This document shows positions 18,289-33,979 of a stretch of DNA of 64,000 nt, one piece after another. The notes beneath the pieces were generated by a model. The model made no database searches and had not been told where the DNA came from. It was given only the letters and a program-made list of their open reading frames with translations. The position numbers and the translations under genes were made by a program. This DNA comes from the human T2T-CHM13v2.0 reference genome, Homo sapiens. Position 1 is the stretch's first letter, and each line of letters starts with the position of its first letter. The stretch lies in NCBI RefSeq assembly GCF_009914755.1, contig NC_060932.1. One strand, 5' to 3'.

Positions 18289-18569
18289 TCATATATATGC
18301 TTTATGGTACTAATGCAGGCTGAGACAAGTGTATTGAACTGGTGACTTGACTACTATAAGCAGTGCTGCCATTAGTGACTTGATTTTCCAAAACAGTAAA
18401 TGTGGCAGATTATATTTTCCACAAATGGTCACAGAAACATTTGTGGTCCCACCTGCAATTCCGGAGCTTTGCCACTCCCCACTTGAAATTGGGTGGACTT
18501 GTGTGACTGCCTAAACAAGGTAAAAGACTAGGTCAAAAAAGGTAATATGGTGCCAGTAAACTTTCAGTG

Positions 18570-20512
18570 TCCTTTAGGGGGGCCAGACATTACACTTACT
18601 AGACAAAAACTTTAAATCAGCTACTAAAAATATGTTCAAAGAACTAATATGTCTAAAGAACTAAAGGAAAGCATGAAAACAATGTGTCACCATATGTACA
18701 ACATCAATTATGACATAGAAATTATATTAAAAAGAGAACCAGATAGAAATCCTGAAGTTGAAAAGTACAAAAACTGAAATAAAAAATTCATTAGAGGGGT
18801 ACAACAGCAAACTTGAAGATAGGTCAATTGAGATCATCCAATCTGAGGAATAGAAAGAAAATAAATGAATAAAAATAAACAAGAGACTCAGAGATCTTTG
18901 AGCCACCATCAAGCATATCAGCTTATACATAATGGGAGTCCCAGAAGAGAGGAGAGAGAGAATGGGGCATAATTAACATCTTAAATAATAATGACCTACA
19001 ACTTCACAAGTTTGATGGAAAACATTAATATACACATCCAGAACCTCACCAAAATCCAAGTAAGATAAACTCAAAGAGATCAACACCTAAAAACATCCTA
19101 ATCCAACTGTTAAAGAGGGAATCTTGAAAGCAGCAAGAGAGAAGTGCCTTGTCACATACAGTAAGGCCTCAATAAGATTAACAGAGAATGTCTCATCAGA
19201 AATCATGGAGACCAGAAGGCACTGGGGTGACATATGAAGTGCCGAAATTAAAAAGTACTGTCAGTCAATAATTCTATATCCAGTAAAGCTATTCTTTAAA
19301 GGTGAAGGAGAAATAAAGACATTCACTGGTTAAAAACAAAAAACTGTGGGTCAGGCATGGTGGTTCATGCTTGTAATCTCAACACTTTGGAAGGATGAGG
19401 CAGGGGGATCACTTGAGCACCAGAGTTTGAAGTTGCAGTGACCTATGATTACACCACTGCACTCCTGTCTGGGTGACTGAGTGAGATCCTGAACAAGTAA
19501 AAGGAAATAGACAGTAATTCTGACCTACACAAAGGAATAAAGCACTAGTAATGGTACCTCCTATATAGGTAAATGTAAAAGACATTATAAATTATTTTTA
19601 TGTGTATATAAGTCTTTCCTTTTTCTACCCGATTTAAAAGATAACTGGATAAGCAATAATTATAAAACTGTATTGGGCTTATTCTGTATGACTATAATAG
19701 CACAAACTAGTGGTGAAGTAATAGAACTATATAGAAATGAAGCTCTTGTCTATTATTGAAATTAAGTTGGTATTAATTTAAAGTAGATGGTTATAAATTA
19801 AGATGTTAACTGTAATCACAAGGGCAACAGAGAAAATAAATAGAAAATATAGTAAAAGAAATGACAAGAGCTGGGTGTGGTGGCACACACTTATAGTCCC
19901 AGCTACTTGGAAGGCTGAGGTGGGAGGACTATTTGAGCCCAGGAATTCAAGTTTAACCTGGGCAACATTGCAAGATCCCATCTCTAAAAAAAGAAAGTTG
20001 GGAGGCTGAGGCGGGCGGATCACGAGGTCAGGAGTTTGAGACCAGCCTGACCAACATGGTGAAACCCCATCTCTACTAAAAATACAAAAATTAGCCAGGC
20101 CTGGTGGCACATGCCTGTAATCCTAGCTACTAAGGAGGCTGAGGCTGGAGAATCGCTTGAACTCGGCAGGCGGAGGTTGTAGAGAGCTGAGATGGTGCTG
20201 CTGTACTCCAGCCTGGGAGACAGAGCAAGAATCTGTCAAAAAAAAAAAAAAAAGGAAAGAAAGAAAGAAAATGACAAGAGAATTAAAATGGTACATGAGA
20301 AAATATCTAACACAAAAGAGGGCAGTAATAAAGGAATAGAGGAACAATAAAATGCCATAAGACATATAGAAAACAAATAGCAAAATGGCAGATACAAATC
20401 CTACAATAATTACATTAAATATAAATTGATTAAACACTTCAATCAAAGGGAAATATTGGGAGAAGGATAAAAAAGACATGCTCAAACTGTATGCTGTCTA
20501 GGGGAGACTCAC
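18570..20512 (+). mobile_element. Old L1M (ORF1 to ORF2-start region), degraded, with Alu insertions
   Basis: L1 motifs such as atcttgaaagcagcaagaga, aattctatatccag, gaaggagaaataaagacatt and atgctgtcta...gagactcacttta. Confidence 0.75.
19870..20270 (+). mobile_element. FLAM monomer with a 5'-truncated AluS inserted in its tail
   Basis: Outer TSD AAATGACAAGAG; the second Alu begins after aaaaaaagaaag. Confidence 0.8.
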
Positions 20513-20782
20513 TTTATTTTTTATTTTTTGTATTTTTGAAACAGAGTTTCACTCTTGTTGCCCAGGCTGGAGTGCAATGGTGCAGTTGTCTTGCCTCAGC
20601 CTCTCAAGTAGCTGGGATTACAGGCGCCGCCACCATGCCAGGCTAAGTTTTGTATTTTTTTAGTAGAGACGGGATTTCGCCATGTTGACCAGGCTGGTCT
20701 TATACTTCTGACCTCAGGTGATCCACCTGCCTCGGCCTCCCAAAGTGCTGGAATTACAGACGTGAGCCACTGCACCTGGCCT
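20513..20782 (-). mobile_element. AluS with internal deletion
   Basis: Antisense dimer lacking a right-arm segment near 20586. Confidence 0.85.
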
Positions 20783-20784
20783 GG

Positions 20785-20792
<8 letters not shown>

Positions 20793-20820
<28 letters not shown>

Positions 20821-22774
20821 TGATCATTCTTGGGTGTTTCTCGCAGAGGGGGATTTGGCAGGGTCATAGGACAATAGTGGAGGGAAGGTCAGCAGATAAA
20901 CAAGTGAACAAAGGTCTCTGGTTTTCCTAGGCAGAGGACCCTGCGGCCTTCCGCAGTGTTTGTGTCCCTGGGTACTTGAGATTAGGGAGTGGTGATGACT
21001 CTTAACGAGCATGCTGCCTTCAAGCATCTGTTTAACAAAGCACATCTTGCACCGCCCTTAATCCATTTAACCCTGAGTGGACACAGCACATGTTTCAGGG
21101 AGCACAGGGTTGGGGATAAGGTCACAGATCAACAGGATCCCAAGGCAGAAGAATTTTTCTTAGTACAGAACAAAATGAAAAGTCTCCCATGTCTACTTCT
21201 ATCCACACAGACCCGGCAACCATCCGATTTCTCAATTTTTTCCCCACCCTTCCCGCCTTTCTATTCCACAAAACCGCCATTGTCATCATGGCTCATCCCC
21301 AATGAGCCGCTGGGCACACCTCCCAGACGGGGTCGTGGCCGGGCAGAGGGGCTCCTCACTTCCCAGTAGGGGCGGCCGGGCAGAAGCGCCCCTCACCTCC
21401 CGGATGGGGCGTCTGGCCGGGCGGGGGGCTGACCCCCCCACCACCCTCCCGGACGGGGCGGCTGGCCGGGCAGAGGGGCTCCTCACTTCCCAGTAGGGGC
21501 GGCCGGGCAGAGGCGCCCCTCACCTCCCGGACGGGGCGGCTGGCCAGGCGGGGGGCTGATCCCCCCACCTCCCTCCCGGACGGGGCGGCTGGCCGGGCAG
21601 AGGGGTCCTCACTTCCCAGTAGGGGCGGCCGGGCAGAGGCGCCCCTCACCTCCCGGACGGGGCGGCTGGCCGGGCGGGGGGCTGACCCCCCCACCTCCCT
21701 CCCGGACGGGGCGGCTGGCCGGGCAGAGGGGTCCTCACTTCCCAGTAGGGGCGGCCGGGCAGAGGCGCCCCTCACCTCCCGGACTGGGCGGCTGGCCGGG
21801 CGGGGGGCTGACCCCCCCACCTCCCTCCCGGACAGGGCGGCTGGCCGGGCAGAGGGGTCCTCACTTCCCAGTAGGGGCGGCCGGGCAGAGGAGCCCCTCA
21901 CCTCCCGGACGGGGCGGCTGGCCGGGCGGGGGGCTGACCCCCCCCACCTCCCTCCCGGACGGGGTGGCTGCCGGGCGGAGACGCTCCTCACTTCCCAGAC
22001 GGGGTGGCTGCCGGACGGAGGGGCTCCTCACTTCTCAGACGGGGCGGTTGCCAGGCAGAGGGTTTCCTCACTTCTCAGACGGGGCGGTCGGGCAGAGGCG
22101 CTCCTCACATCCCAGACAGGGCGGCGGGGCAGAGGTGCTCCCCACATCTCAGACGATGGGCGGCCGGGCAGAGACGCTCCTCACTTCCTAGATGGGATGG
22201 CGACCGGGAAGAGGCGCTCCTCGCTTCCTAGATGGGATGGCGGCCGGGCAGAGACACTCCTCACTTTCCAGACTGGGCAGCCAGGCAGAGGGGCTCCTCA
22301 TATCCCAGACGATGGGCGGCCAGGCAGAGACGCTCCTCACTTCCCAGACGGGGTGGCGGCCGGGCAGAGGCTGCAATCTCGGCTCTTTGGGAGGCCAAGG
22401 CAGGCGGCTGGGAGGTGGAGGTTGTAGCGAGCCGAGATCACGCCACTGCACTCCAGCCTGGGCACCATCGAGCACTGAGTGAACGAGACTCCGTCTGCAA
22501 TCCCGGCACCTCGGGAGGCCGAGGCTGGCGGATCACTCGCGGTTAGGAGCTGGAGACCAGCCCGGCCAACACAGCAAAACCCCGTCTCCACCAAAAAAAA
22601 ACGAAAACCAGTCAGGCGTGGCGGCGCGCGCCTGCAATCGCAGGCACTCGGCAGGCTGAGGCAGGAGAATCAGGCAGGGAGGTTGCAGTGAGCCGAGATG
22701 GCAGCAGTACCGTCCAGCTTTGGCTCGGCATCAGAGGGAGACCGTGGAAGGAGACCGTGGAGAGGGAGAGGGAG

Positions 22775-22808
<34 letters not shown>
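20793..22808 (-). mobile_element. Full-length SVA retrotransposon
   Basis: Poly-T, SINE-R (about 20820-21300), GC-rich VNTR (about 21310-22370), Alu-like domain and hexamer repeat (22761-22808). TSD GGAGTTCTTT at 20783-20792 and 22808-22817. Confidence 0.97.
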
Positions 22809-23062
22809 GAGTTCTTTATTTAAATCAACAAACTCATATTCCTCAAGCCCCAGACCATGGTAGGCAGCCCTCCTTTCTCTGTTCCCTCACCCCTACTCCC
22901 TAGCCACAGTGAGGGGAATGGAAAATGAGAAGCCACGAGGGCCTCTGCCAGGGAAGCCTACCCCAGATGTGTGGTGAGCACGGTGCAGCAGTGGCTGGGG
23001 TAGCAACCGCCACAAGCCCCTCCCTATAAATTAAGTCCCTGCAGCCACAGCTGTGGGAGAAC

Positions 23063-23600
23063 TAAAAACCGCCTTTGCAAAATTATGACTGAGACAGTGA
23101 AAGAGATCTAACCTAACTGACTCCATATTGGTTCTACCTTTAAGCTGTCCTTGTTCCTTCCTGGGCAAAGGCCGAACTAACTTTGAGAGGAACTTAGTTT
23201 ACAGCTTAAAACAAAGATGATAACAGCCCTTTCCCAAAACAAACCTCCTTCTTGCCTAGGGACTAGACTGCCTTTATAGGACTAACAAATTAGCCACAAG
23301 ATTAGAAATTATGGTTTAGGAGTCATACAGCTGGAGGCTACAAGATTCTGACCCTCCCTAAACTGCTCCTAAAATCAGTGCTTAAGATATTTTGCCAACC
23401 CTGCACTTGATGGATCAGCTGGCACCACCCAGATCGATAAACTGGCTCATCTGATCTTGTGGCCCCCACCCAGGAACCGACTCAGCACAGGAATACATCT
23501 TCAACTTCCTGTGATTTCATCTCTGACCTGACTGATCAGCACTCACAGCTCACTGGCTTCCCCCGTCCCAGTAAGTTGTCCTTAAAAACTCTAATCCCCA
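23063..23600 (+). mobile_element. LTR8-like ERV1 LTR, 3'-truncated
   Basis: aaaaccgcctttgcaaaattatgactgagacagtgaaagagatctaacc matches the recalled LTR8 start; it stops at an Alu. Confidence 0.75.
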
Positions 23601-24373
<773 letters not shown>

Positions 24374-24387
24374 GATCAGAGGATCTA

Positions 24388-24513
<126 letters not shown>

Positions 24514-25252
24514 TTAGGGAACCATATGGGAGCCCCAGAGAAGAGCCCATCGTCCTGGGCTACTGCCAGCCCACCCAGGTTCATCAGGATCCACTGCACA
24601 CAGGCCACGTTCTTTCCTCCCCAGGGATGCACAGTTTGGAGGATGTCTGTGGTGTTAATGCCATAGCGCACTCAGCTGCTTGCAGGCATTGAGATATCTG
24701 CTCCATCTGCTTTAAGGCCATGGTGGAGACCTGGGTCTTCTTTACTGGGGCCTGCCCCTCGGGGCACAGTGCGTTAATGAGCTCACATAGCTCTGTGCCC
24801 TCCTTGAGGAAATTCTGGAAGTTCTCATGTCCAAGCTGGGGCCAGCCCACATCCTTTTGGCACTGGGTGGTGATCCATTGATCTGCTCCAGGTCTGCGTC
24901 ATATGGATTCTCAATTTTCTGCTGCACCTCCCGGCTCAGGCCACACGCAGGTACCTTGTTGGCCATTCCAATGGGTAGTGGCGGCTGTGGGGAGCATTCA
25001 TGCAGGCTGGAGTGCCATGCATCAAGGCAGGGGCTGTAGCAGCTAAGGATATTATTGATATGTTGGTGTACGTCTCCTATTTTGTTTTCTGTTTCTCCCT
25101 GTTTTTGTCTTTCTGGCTTTTTTTTTTTTTTTTTTTCTGTCTTCCTGTCGGTTATTTGAACATTTTTCAGATTTTCATTTTTTATTTATTATAGTGTTTT
25201 TAAGTATATATCTTTGATTAGCTTTTAGTGGCTGCTCTAGGTAGTTTATATA

Positions 25253-25578
25253 TTAGGTTGGTGCAAAAGTAATTGTGGTTTTTGCCATTACTTTTTTTTT
25301 TTCATTCTCTAAAGCACAACTTTATTTTCAGAAAGGAAAGGACACCAAAAATAGGACTGTCCTGTGCAGATGTCCAATAGCCTTAGTGTGGGGACCAAAT
25401 GCCCCCCGGCCATTGGAAAGACAGATCTTGTAAGTTCCATTCGTCCATGCCCTCAACCATTCATTCATTTTTACTGAGACAGACAAAGATAGAAGTTCCT
25501 GCCGTCATGTTTCAATGAAGGACATATTCGCCATTACTTTCAATGGCAAAAACCGCAATTACTTTTGCACCAACCTAA
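25253..25578. mobile_element. MADE1 (Hsmar1 MITE) split by an insertion
   Basis: TIRs ttaggttggtgcaaaagtaattg...caattacttttgcaccaacctaa with TA TSD. Confidence 0.92.
25295..25529 (-). other. Retroposed polyadenylated RNA 3' fragment of unidentified origin
   Basis: TSD GCCATTACTTT at 25284-25294 and 25530-25540; poly-T; minus-strand AATAAA at 25321-25326, 18 nt from the tail. Confidence 0.85.
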
Positions 25579-25613
25579 TACATACTTGATCGTCATTTTA
25601 TTAGTATATATAA

Positions 25614-25926
<313 letters not shown>

Positions 25927-26579
25927 AAAACCAGTTTTACTCAGAAACTTTTTTAAAAGAAAAATTCCTTCTTAAAAATAACAGAGAGATTCAGAACAAA
26001 TGCTATACTGGACCAGATACTGGAAAAACAGAAGTTAGGTAAAACTAACCTGGACATTCTTAGCCCTTTGCCTGCCATTTCTCAGCTCCAAATCTGCCCT
26101 TGCATGCTCCTCTCTTTTATGCTGTGTCTGGGACGCTGCAATGTTCCTTTCACAGATTTCTTTGCTAGCTGCCTTCCTGCAAAGCTCTGTCAATAGCAGG
26201 CACTAGAGGAAGATTGGAAGGTAACAGAAAAGAAGAAGGGACATTCTTCTTTCAACTTGCTCTTTCAGCCAATGTTACCCCCAAAACAACACTTTACTTT
26301 ACAAATAGTAGTTGGTTCCAGCTTCCAGCTACTTTGGGTGCTCCTTGAGAACCAACCTCATTGAGCCCTCTCAGAAATATCAATAGCAGCTGAGTGATGC
26401 TTTCTCTTCATAGACCCTCCTCCAAGTTTCTCGGTACTGGTGACTCCCAACCTCTTCCCTTTAGTTATTCCAGCACTACAAGAATTAGTTGCTCTCTGTA
26501 GCCCTCTAGGCTACCTCAGCATTGCTTTCTGCTCTTTCAGCTTTCTGACACCTGAAACAAATCCTCTATATTAAATCCC

Positions 26580-26959
26580 TGATAAGGTTTGGATCTGTGT
26601 CCTTACCCAAATCTCATCTCAAAACCTCGAATTGTAAACCCCACATGTTGAGGAAGGGCCCTGTAATCCCCACGTGTTGAGGGAGAGAAGTGATTGGATT
26701 ATGCTGTTCTAGCGATAGTGAGTGAGTCTCACAAGATCTGATGGTTTTCAAAAGTGGCAGTTTTTGTCCTACACTCTCACTTCTCTCTCCTGCCGCCTTG
26801 TGAAGAAGGTCCTTGCCTCCCCTTCGCCTTCCATCGTGGTTGTAAGTTTCCTGAGGCCTCCCCAGCACTGTGGAACTGTGAGTCAATTAAACCTCTTTCC
26901 TTTATAAATTACCCAGTCTCAGGCATTTATTTATAGCAGTGTGAGAACAGGATAATACA
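26580..26959 (+). mobile_element. THE1D/MSTA-type MaLR solo LTR
   Basis: tgataaggtttggatctgtgtcc...gataataca; near-TSD ATCCC/ATCCT. Confidence 0.85.
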
Positions 26960-27031
26960 ATCCTTCTGGTGATTTTTATTTTTCTAATTGGACCCTGACT
27001 GGTGACATAGGGGAAGGGAAAGGGCAGGAAA

Positions 27032-27150
27032 CTATATATATCTATATATATAGATATATGGAGTATATATAGATATATGGAGTGTATAGATATATGGAGT
27101 ATATAGATATATGGATTATAGATATATGACGATTATATATATATATATAT
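27032..27150. repeat. AT-rich minisatellite (about 17-19 bp unit TATAGATATATGGAG)
   Basis: gatatatgga recurs 4-5 times within TA runs. Confidence 0.8.
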
Positions 27151-27779
27151 GTCTTCTGTATACCAAGTATACAAATAATAAATATCAATAATTTTATATG
27201 TTACTAGTAATAGCTGTGATTTATTGAGACCTAGTCTATGACTTTCCCTGGCTACTTTCTTCTCATGTTGTAAGTTTCTGCTTGAATTTAATCTCAGAGA
27301 GGTTTTCCCTGATCGCCTTATCAAAAGCAACTGCTATTCCCTGTTATTCTCTGCTTCAGCTCATAAACCTTGTCCTTTATAGTACACCAAAAAAAGCACA
27401 ATCATTTGATTTTTCTGGTCTGTCTTCCCCACTAGAATGTGAGCTCCATGAGAGGGAGGCCCTTGCTGGTCTTGTTCACGGCTGTCTCCCTAAAGCCTAG
27501 CATAGTGCTTGGCTCATAGTAGGTATATGTGAGTATTTTTAAAATATTGGTGTGTCCATTATGTATTCTTGCTTAACAAGCCATCCTACAATGTAGTGGC
27601 TTGAAACAAAACAGTAATTTCTCATGATTTTGTGGTCTGGCTGTGTGGTTCTGGTCTTGTCTGGGCTCACTGAAGAAGCTGCATTCAGCTGGTGGATTGG
27701 CTGGAGCTAGAAGGTCCCAGAGGGCCTCACTTGGTGGGGACAGCTGGAAGACGGGGGCCCCTCTCTTTATGTAGGGTAG

Positions 27780-28054
<275 letters not shown>

Positions 28055-28267
28055 AATGTGCAAATATTTATTTAGCTTCTGCCTGGGTCACAGTTATGTC
28101 TCATTAGCCAACAAGTCATATAACCAAGTCCAGAGTCAGTATGGGAGGAGGCTACCCAAGGGCATGAATACCAGGAATATCAGTAGGGAGCCATCAGTAC
28201 AACAGTCTATAATTTTGTATACATCATTGCTAATACTGACAGCAGCCTGCCACATAGTTGCTATTTC

Positions 28268-28880
<613 letters not shown>

Positions 28881-28900
28881 ATCTGTCATCTCTTTTAACC

Positions 28901-29431
28901 CAGCAGTCCCCAGCATATTTGGCACCAGGGATCCATTTCATGGAAGACAATTTTTCCATGGACTGGGGGTGGCGAGGATGGTTGCAGGATGATTCAAGCA
29001 CATTACATTTATTGTGCACTTTATTTATAACATTATTACATTGGAACATATAATAATTATACAACTCACCATAATGTAGAAACAGTGAGAGCCCTGAGCT
29101 TGCTTTCCTGTAACTAGACAGTCCCATCTGGGGATGATGGGAGACATCATCCAGTGACAGATCATCCAGCATTAGATACTCATAAGAGGTGTGTAAACTA
29201 GATCCCTTCCATGTGCAGTTCACAATAGGGTTCATGTTCCTATGATAATTGAATGCTACCACTGATCTGACAGGAGGTGGATGGAGCTCAGGCGGTAATG
29301 TAAGTGATGGGGAGCAGCTATAAATACAGATGAAACTTCTCTTGCTTGCCACTTACCTCTTCCTGTGTGGCCCAGTTCTTAACAGGCCATGGACCAGCAC
29401 CAGTCCACGGCCCAGGGGTTGGGGACTCCTG
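28901..29431. mobile_element. MER1A (hAT-Charlie)
   Basis: cagcagtcccc...ggggttggggactcctg, 531 bp, near-perfect 8-bp TSD TTTTAACC/TTTTAACA. Confidence 0.85.
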
Positions 29432-30061
29432 TTTTAACAGACGAAGACTCTAAGATCCACAGAAGTCAAGTAACTTGTCAAAAGGTCATAGCAACTAAGT
29501 GGCAGAAAATTCTAATTTTGATTCCAAATTCTGTGACCTTTCACTGTATCACAATCTTCTGGGAAAACATGGGTAGAAAAAAGATGACAACTCAGGAGAG
29601 AACTTCAACCTATATTTTCATTTGAATGGGAAAACACAATAGGTTTTATTTTCCTTTGCATGTAGTGGAGAAGATGAGTGAGCCAGATGATATGGGCTAA
29701 AGTGATTTTAAAATACCTCAGCTGTCACGTTAGCCAAGCTGACTCATGCTCTCACTGGAAGTTCTACGGTTTCTCAGCTGTAGTCACACAATATTTCATA
29801 CATAATTCTCAGTCATAGCTCTTACCTATGTACTATTTGCGGTTCACCGTTTATTATGAGCTCTTCCTGGTCTGTATCCACATTGCTTGTATATTGTCTG
29901 AAGCACAGCAGGATCTCAACAAATGTTTGTTAAATGAACGAATTAGCAGAGGTCAAGGAGGCCAAAGATGAAGTCTCTCACTGTTTGCCAGGGACCCTGA
30001 GGAGAATCAATAAATAACTAGGGAGTAAAGCATTAAATGGAATGAATCATGAATTGCGTAT

Positions 30062-30566
30062 TTGCTGTGGTTTGAATGTCCCTGCCAAAACTCATGTTGA
30101 AAATTAATTGCCAGCTGGATGCAATGGCTCACTCCTGTAATCTCAGCACATTGGGAGGCTGAGACAGGAGGATTGCTTGAGCCCAGGAGTTGGAGACCCA
30201 CGTGGGTAATATAGCAAGACCTGTCTCTATTTTTTTTAAATAAAATTAATTGCCATTGTAACAGTATTTAGAGGTGACACCTTTACATGGTGATTAGATC
30301 ATGAGTGGATTAATGCTGTTATCATGGGAGTGGGTAAGTTATCTCAGGAGTGGGCTTCTGATAAAAAGATAAGTTTGGCCCCAATTCTCTGTCTCACATG
30401 CTCAATTCTGCCTTCTGCTTTTCACCATGGGATGGCCCTCACCAGATGCCAGTGCCATGCTTTTGGACTTTCCAGTCTCCAGAACCGTAAGCCAAATAAA
30501 TTTTTATTCTTTGTAAACCACCCAGTCTGCGATATTCTGTTATAGCAGCAGAAAAGGGACTAAGTA
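30062..30566 (+). mobile_element. MSTC/D-type LTR with FLAM insertion (about 30112-30245)
   Basis: tgctgtggtttgaatgtccc...gggactaagta; FLAM TSD AAAATTAATTGCCA. Confidence 0.75.
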
Positions 30567-31547
30567 TTATTTGAAGAACAAGAAGTAGTTCATGGAAGCA
30601 GACATTTTGGTTAAACAAATAGGTCAGGCCAGACATGGTGGCTTATACCTGTAATCCCAGCATTTGGGAGGCCAAAGCAAAAAGATCACTTGAGGCCAGA
30701 AGTTTAAGTCCAGCCTAGGCAACATATTGAGATCCTGTATCTACAACTACAACAACAACAAAAGTCAAAATTTGTTAACAAAACTAGCTTAAAATTGACT
30801 AGTGCTGTTAATATCTTTGTCAATTTTTAATTTAGAAAATTTCTATTTCAACCAATTCTGCTTGTTTTTTTGTTTTGTTTTGTTGTTGTTGTTGTTGTTG
30901 TTTTTTAATCAACAATTTTGAAAGTCCACAGGGAAGATTCACACCCCATAGCCTTTCTTCCACTTGCTTGGTCTACCCCTTTCATCACTGATGTCGAGAA
31001 TTTAAATTTTCTCTATAATTGGAAGGAAATTTCCTTGAAGAAACTTTGTTGAAAACCATTGGAGTTGACAGGTTTTGTTTCCAGAGATATTGAACTACAG
31101 AGGATTCTGACTCTGGTGATACTGTGCACAGTGGTGGATAGGAAAGAAGCAAACATTAAATTTAAAAATTAACTTAAAAAATTTAACAAAAATTCCCAGC
31201 ACTTTGGGAGGCCGAGGTGTGCAGATCACTTGAGCTCAGGAATTTGAGACCAGCCTGGGCAACATGGCAAAACCCTGTCTTTACAAAAAACAATAGTAAT
31301 ACAAAACAAACAAAAATTTAACAGAAATTTACACACTGAATGTGACATCTCCAGCTATTTGCAAATGGTATATTTAGGAAATCTTGACATTTTCTACGTT
31401 AAAAAAAATGAACCTCCATCAGAAAGGGCAGATTTTTTTTTGACTATTTCTAAAAACACAGATTTAAAGTGGTAATTTAACATCCATATAAAATATAGAA
31501 AGAAGAGAAGTGTATTTCAAATCATTTCTTGCCTTTTAAAAAAAAAT

Positions 31548-31830
31548 TTGAGACAGGGTCTTGTTCTGTTGCCCAGGCTGGAGTGCAGTGGTATAATCTC
31601 AGCTCACTGCAGCATTGACCTCCCAACCTCAGGACATCTTCCCACCTCAGCCTCCTAAGTAACTGGGACTACAGGCACACGCTACCATGCCTGACTAATT
31701 TTTGTATTTTTCCTAGAGACAGGGTTTCACCATGTTGCCCAGGCTGGTCTTGAACTCCTGGGCTCAAGCGATCCATCTACTTTGGCCTCCCAAAGTGCTA
31801 GGATTTCAGGCATGAGCTGCTGCACCCAGC
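31548..31830 (-). mobile_element. AluJ
   Basis: Antisense dimer. Confidence 0.85.
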
Positions 31831-32720
31831 TAAACTATTTCTCGTTAATTCAGTGTTACAGAAACTACAGGCAATACTATAAAGTCCATGCCACGTGTGC
31901 TAATTCACAAGTGGACAGCATCATTCCCTTAGTTTCCCCAGCTGCTGTTTAAAGTAAAGCTGGTAAGGGCTATCTACAGTCTTCCAGTCACCAGGGCTGT
32001 TTGTGGCTGGCAGGAGACTCCAGGAGCCAGTCCTGGTTCCAGATTTTACTGGCCCTCTTCCAGATGGTCTGCAGCTCACATGGACTTTGTTCCTGGGAAA
32101 CCTGTAGGTAGGTAGACAAGCCAGCTAATACAGGCAGGCCTGAATGGGAGCAAATTCAGAAAGGCTGGGCCAGAGCTCCAGGAAGCTAGCACAGATTTCA
32201 GATTAGTTCCAGACCATACCTGAACCCCCAAGAAATGTTCTGATGTTTCAGTTTCTGGCAACAGTCAGTAGGCCTGTAGGAGAAGGGCAGATACTTTTCA
32301 TATTAATAGCTGACATGCAACACAGTTTAAAAGAGCCTCTGCCTGCTTCATCTCAACTGAGCAAGTACGGCAGGTACAGTTGACCCTAAGTTAGGGAGGA
32401 GCAAACTAGGACTTTATGAAGGCCACACCAGAGCCAGATGGCTAAAATATGGCTAGAACCCAGGTCTCAAAATTAAATATTCAAGCAGGCACACAGGGCT
32501 TTGCTAGGGCCCAATCCACCGGCCTACGCGGCCAGATGATCCCTGGAACCACCTGATCAGCCAGACCTTTCAGCCTGTCGCTGGCTCTGTAAACTCCATG
32601 CCTGGGTCCGCCCCTTACCTCACTCCCAGCTGCAGTGAAAGGCTCATCACTGTATACCAGCAACACCTGATGAGGTGAACGGTGGCAGAACCCAGTATAA
32701 AGATTTATAATGTTAAGATC

Positions 32721-33015
32721 AGGCATGGTGGTTCACGCCTGTAATCCCAGCGCTTTGGGAGGCCGAGGTGGGCGGATCACCTGAGGTCAGGAGTTTGAGA
32801 CCAGCCTGGCCAACATGGTAAAACCCTATCGCTACTAAAAACACAAAAATTAGCTGGGCATGGTGGCACACACCTGTCATCCCAGCTACTTGGGAGGCTG
32901 AGGCACGAGAATCACTTGAAGGCGAAGGCTGCAGTGAGCCAAGATTGTACAACTGCACACCTGCCTGGGCTAGAAAGCGAGACCATCTCAAAAACAAAAC
33001 GAAACAAACAAAAAC
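32721..33015 (+). mobile_element. AluS
   Basis: AAGATTTATAAT flanks both ends. Confidence 0.88.
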
Positions 33016-33198
33016 AAGATTTATAATATTAAATAATAAGACACTTGCTAAATGCAAAGTGTAGATTCCTGTCTGGCAGATCAGGAAGGCTTTGATCAGC
33101 TGCAAGGCTAGGAAGACCCGGTGGCTCTATCTTGATATACGCCCACATCCTTAGGGATGAGCTTCAATGACTCTTGGCCTCCCTGGCCTGTCTTTAAG

Positions 33199-33398
33199 GC
33201 AGTGATTCTCAATCAGGAGCAATTTTATCCTTAGGGGGACATTTGCCAATGTCTGGAGACATTTCTAGTTGTTAGAACTGGAAGAGGGGGTGCTATTGGC
33301 CTCTAGTGGGTAGAAGCCAGGGATGCTAATATATGTCCTACAGCGCACAGGATAGCCCCCTACAAATGTCAGGAGTGCCAAGGGTGAGAAACCTGCTT
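33199..33398. mobile_element. MER20 DNA transposon
   Basis: cagtgattctcaa...ggggacatttgccaatgtctggagac...tgagaaacctg. Confidence 0.8.
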
Positions 33399-33541
33399 AA
33401 AGTAACAAGGCTGGGCTTAGGAAAAAAACCCTGCATTGGCCATCTCTCCCTGGCAGAGGAACTTGCTCAAGACTTCAGATCTAGTGAAGTCCAAGCCTGT
33501 GACCAGAAATCCCAATGAGGCTACTCCAAAGGTCCCACTCC

Positions 33542-33850
<309 letters not shown>

Positions 33851-33979
33851 AGGTCCCACTCCTTCTAAGGCAACATCCTTGGCAATGTCCTTCTCCCATC
33901 CTCTCAATTTCTTCTCATGTAAAATGGGCATCCTGATACCTACCAATTAGTATGACTATAAACATTAAGTGTGATAAGG

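Noticed and set aside
19870-20270. Trimeric Alu as a novel SINE
   Set aside because: Explained by a truncated AluS inserting into the A tail of a FLAM.
21356-21991. 211-aa repetitive ORF and apparent CpG island
   Set aside because: Translation of the GC-rich SVA VNTR; not a gene or a host promoter island.
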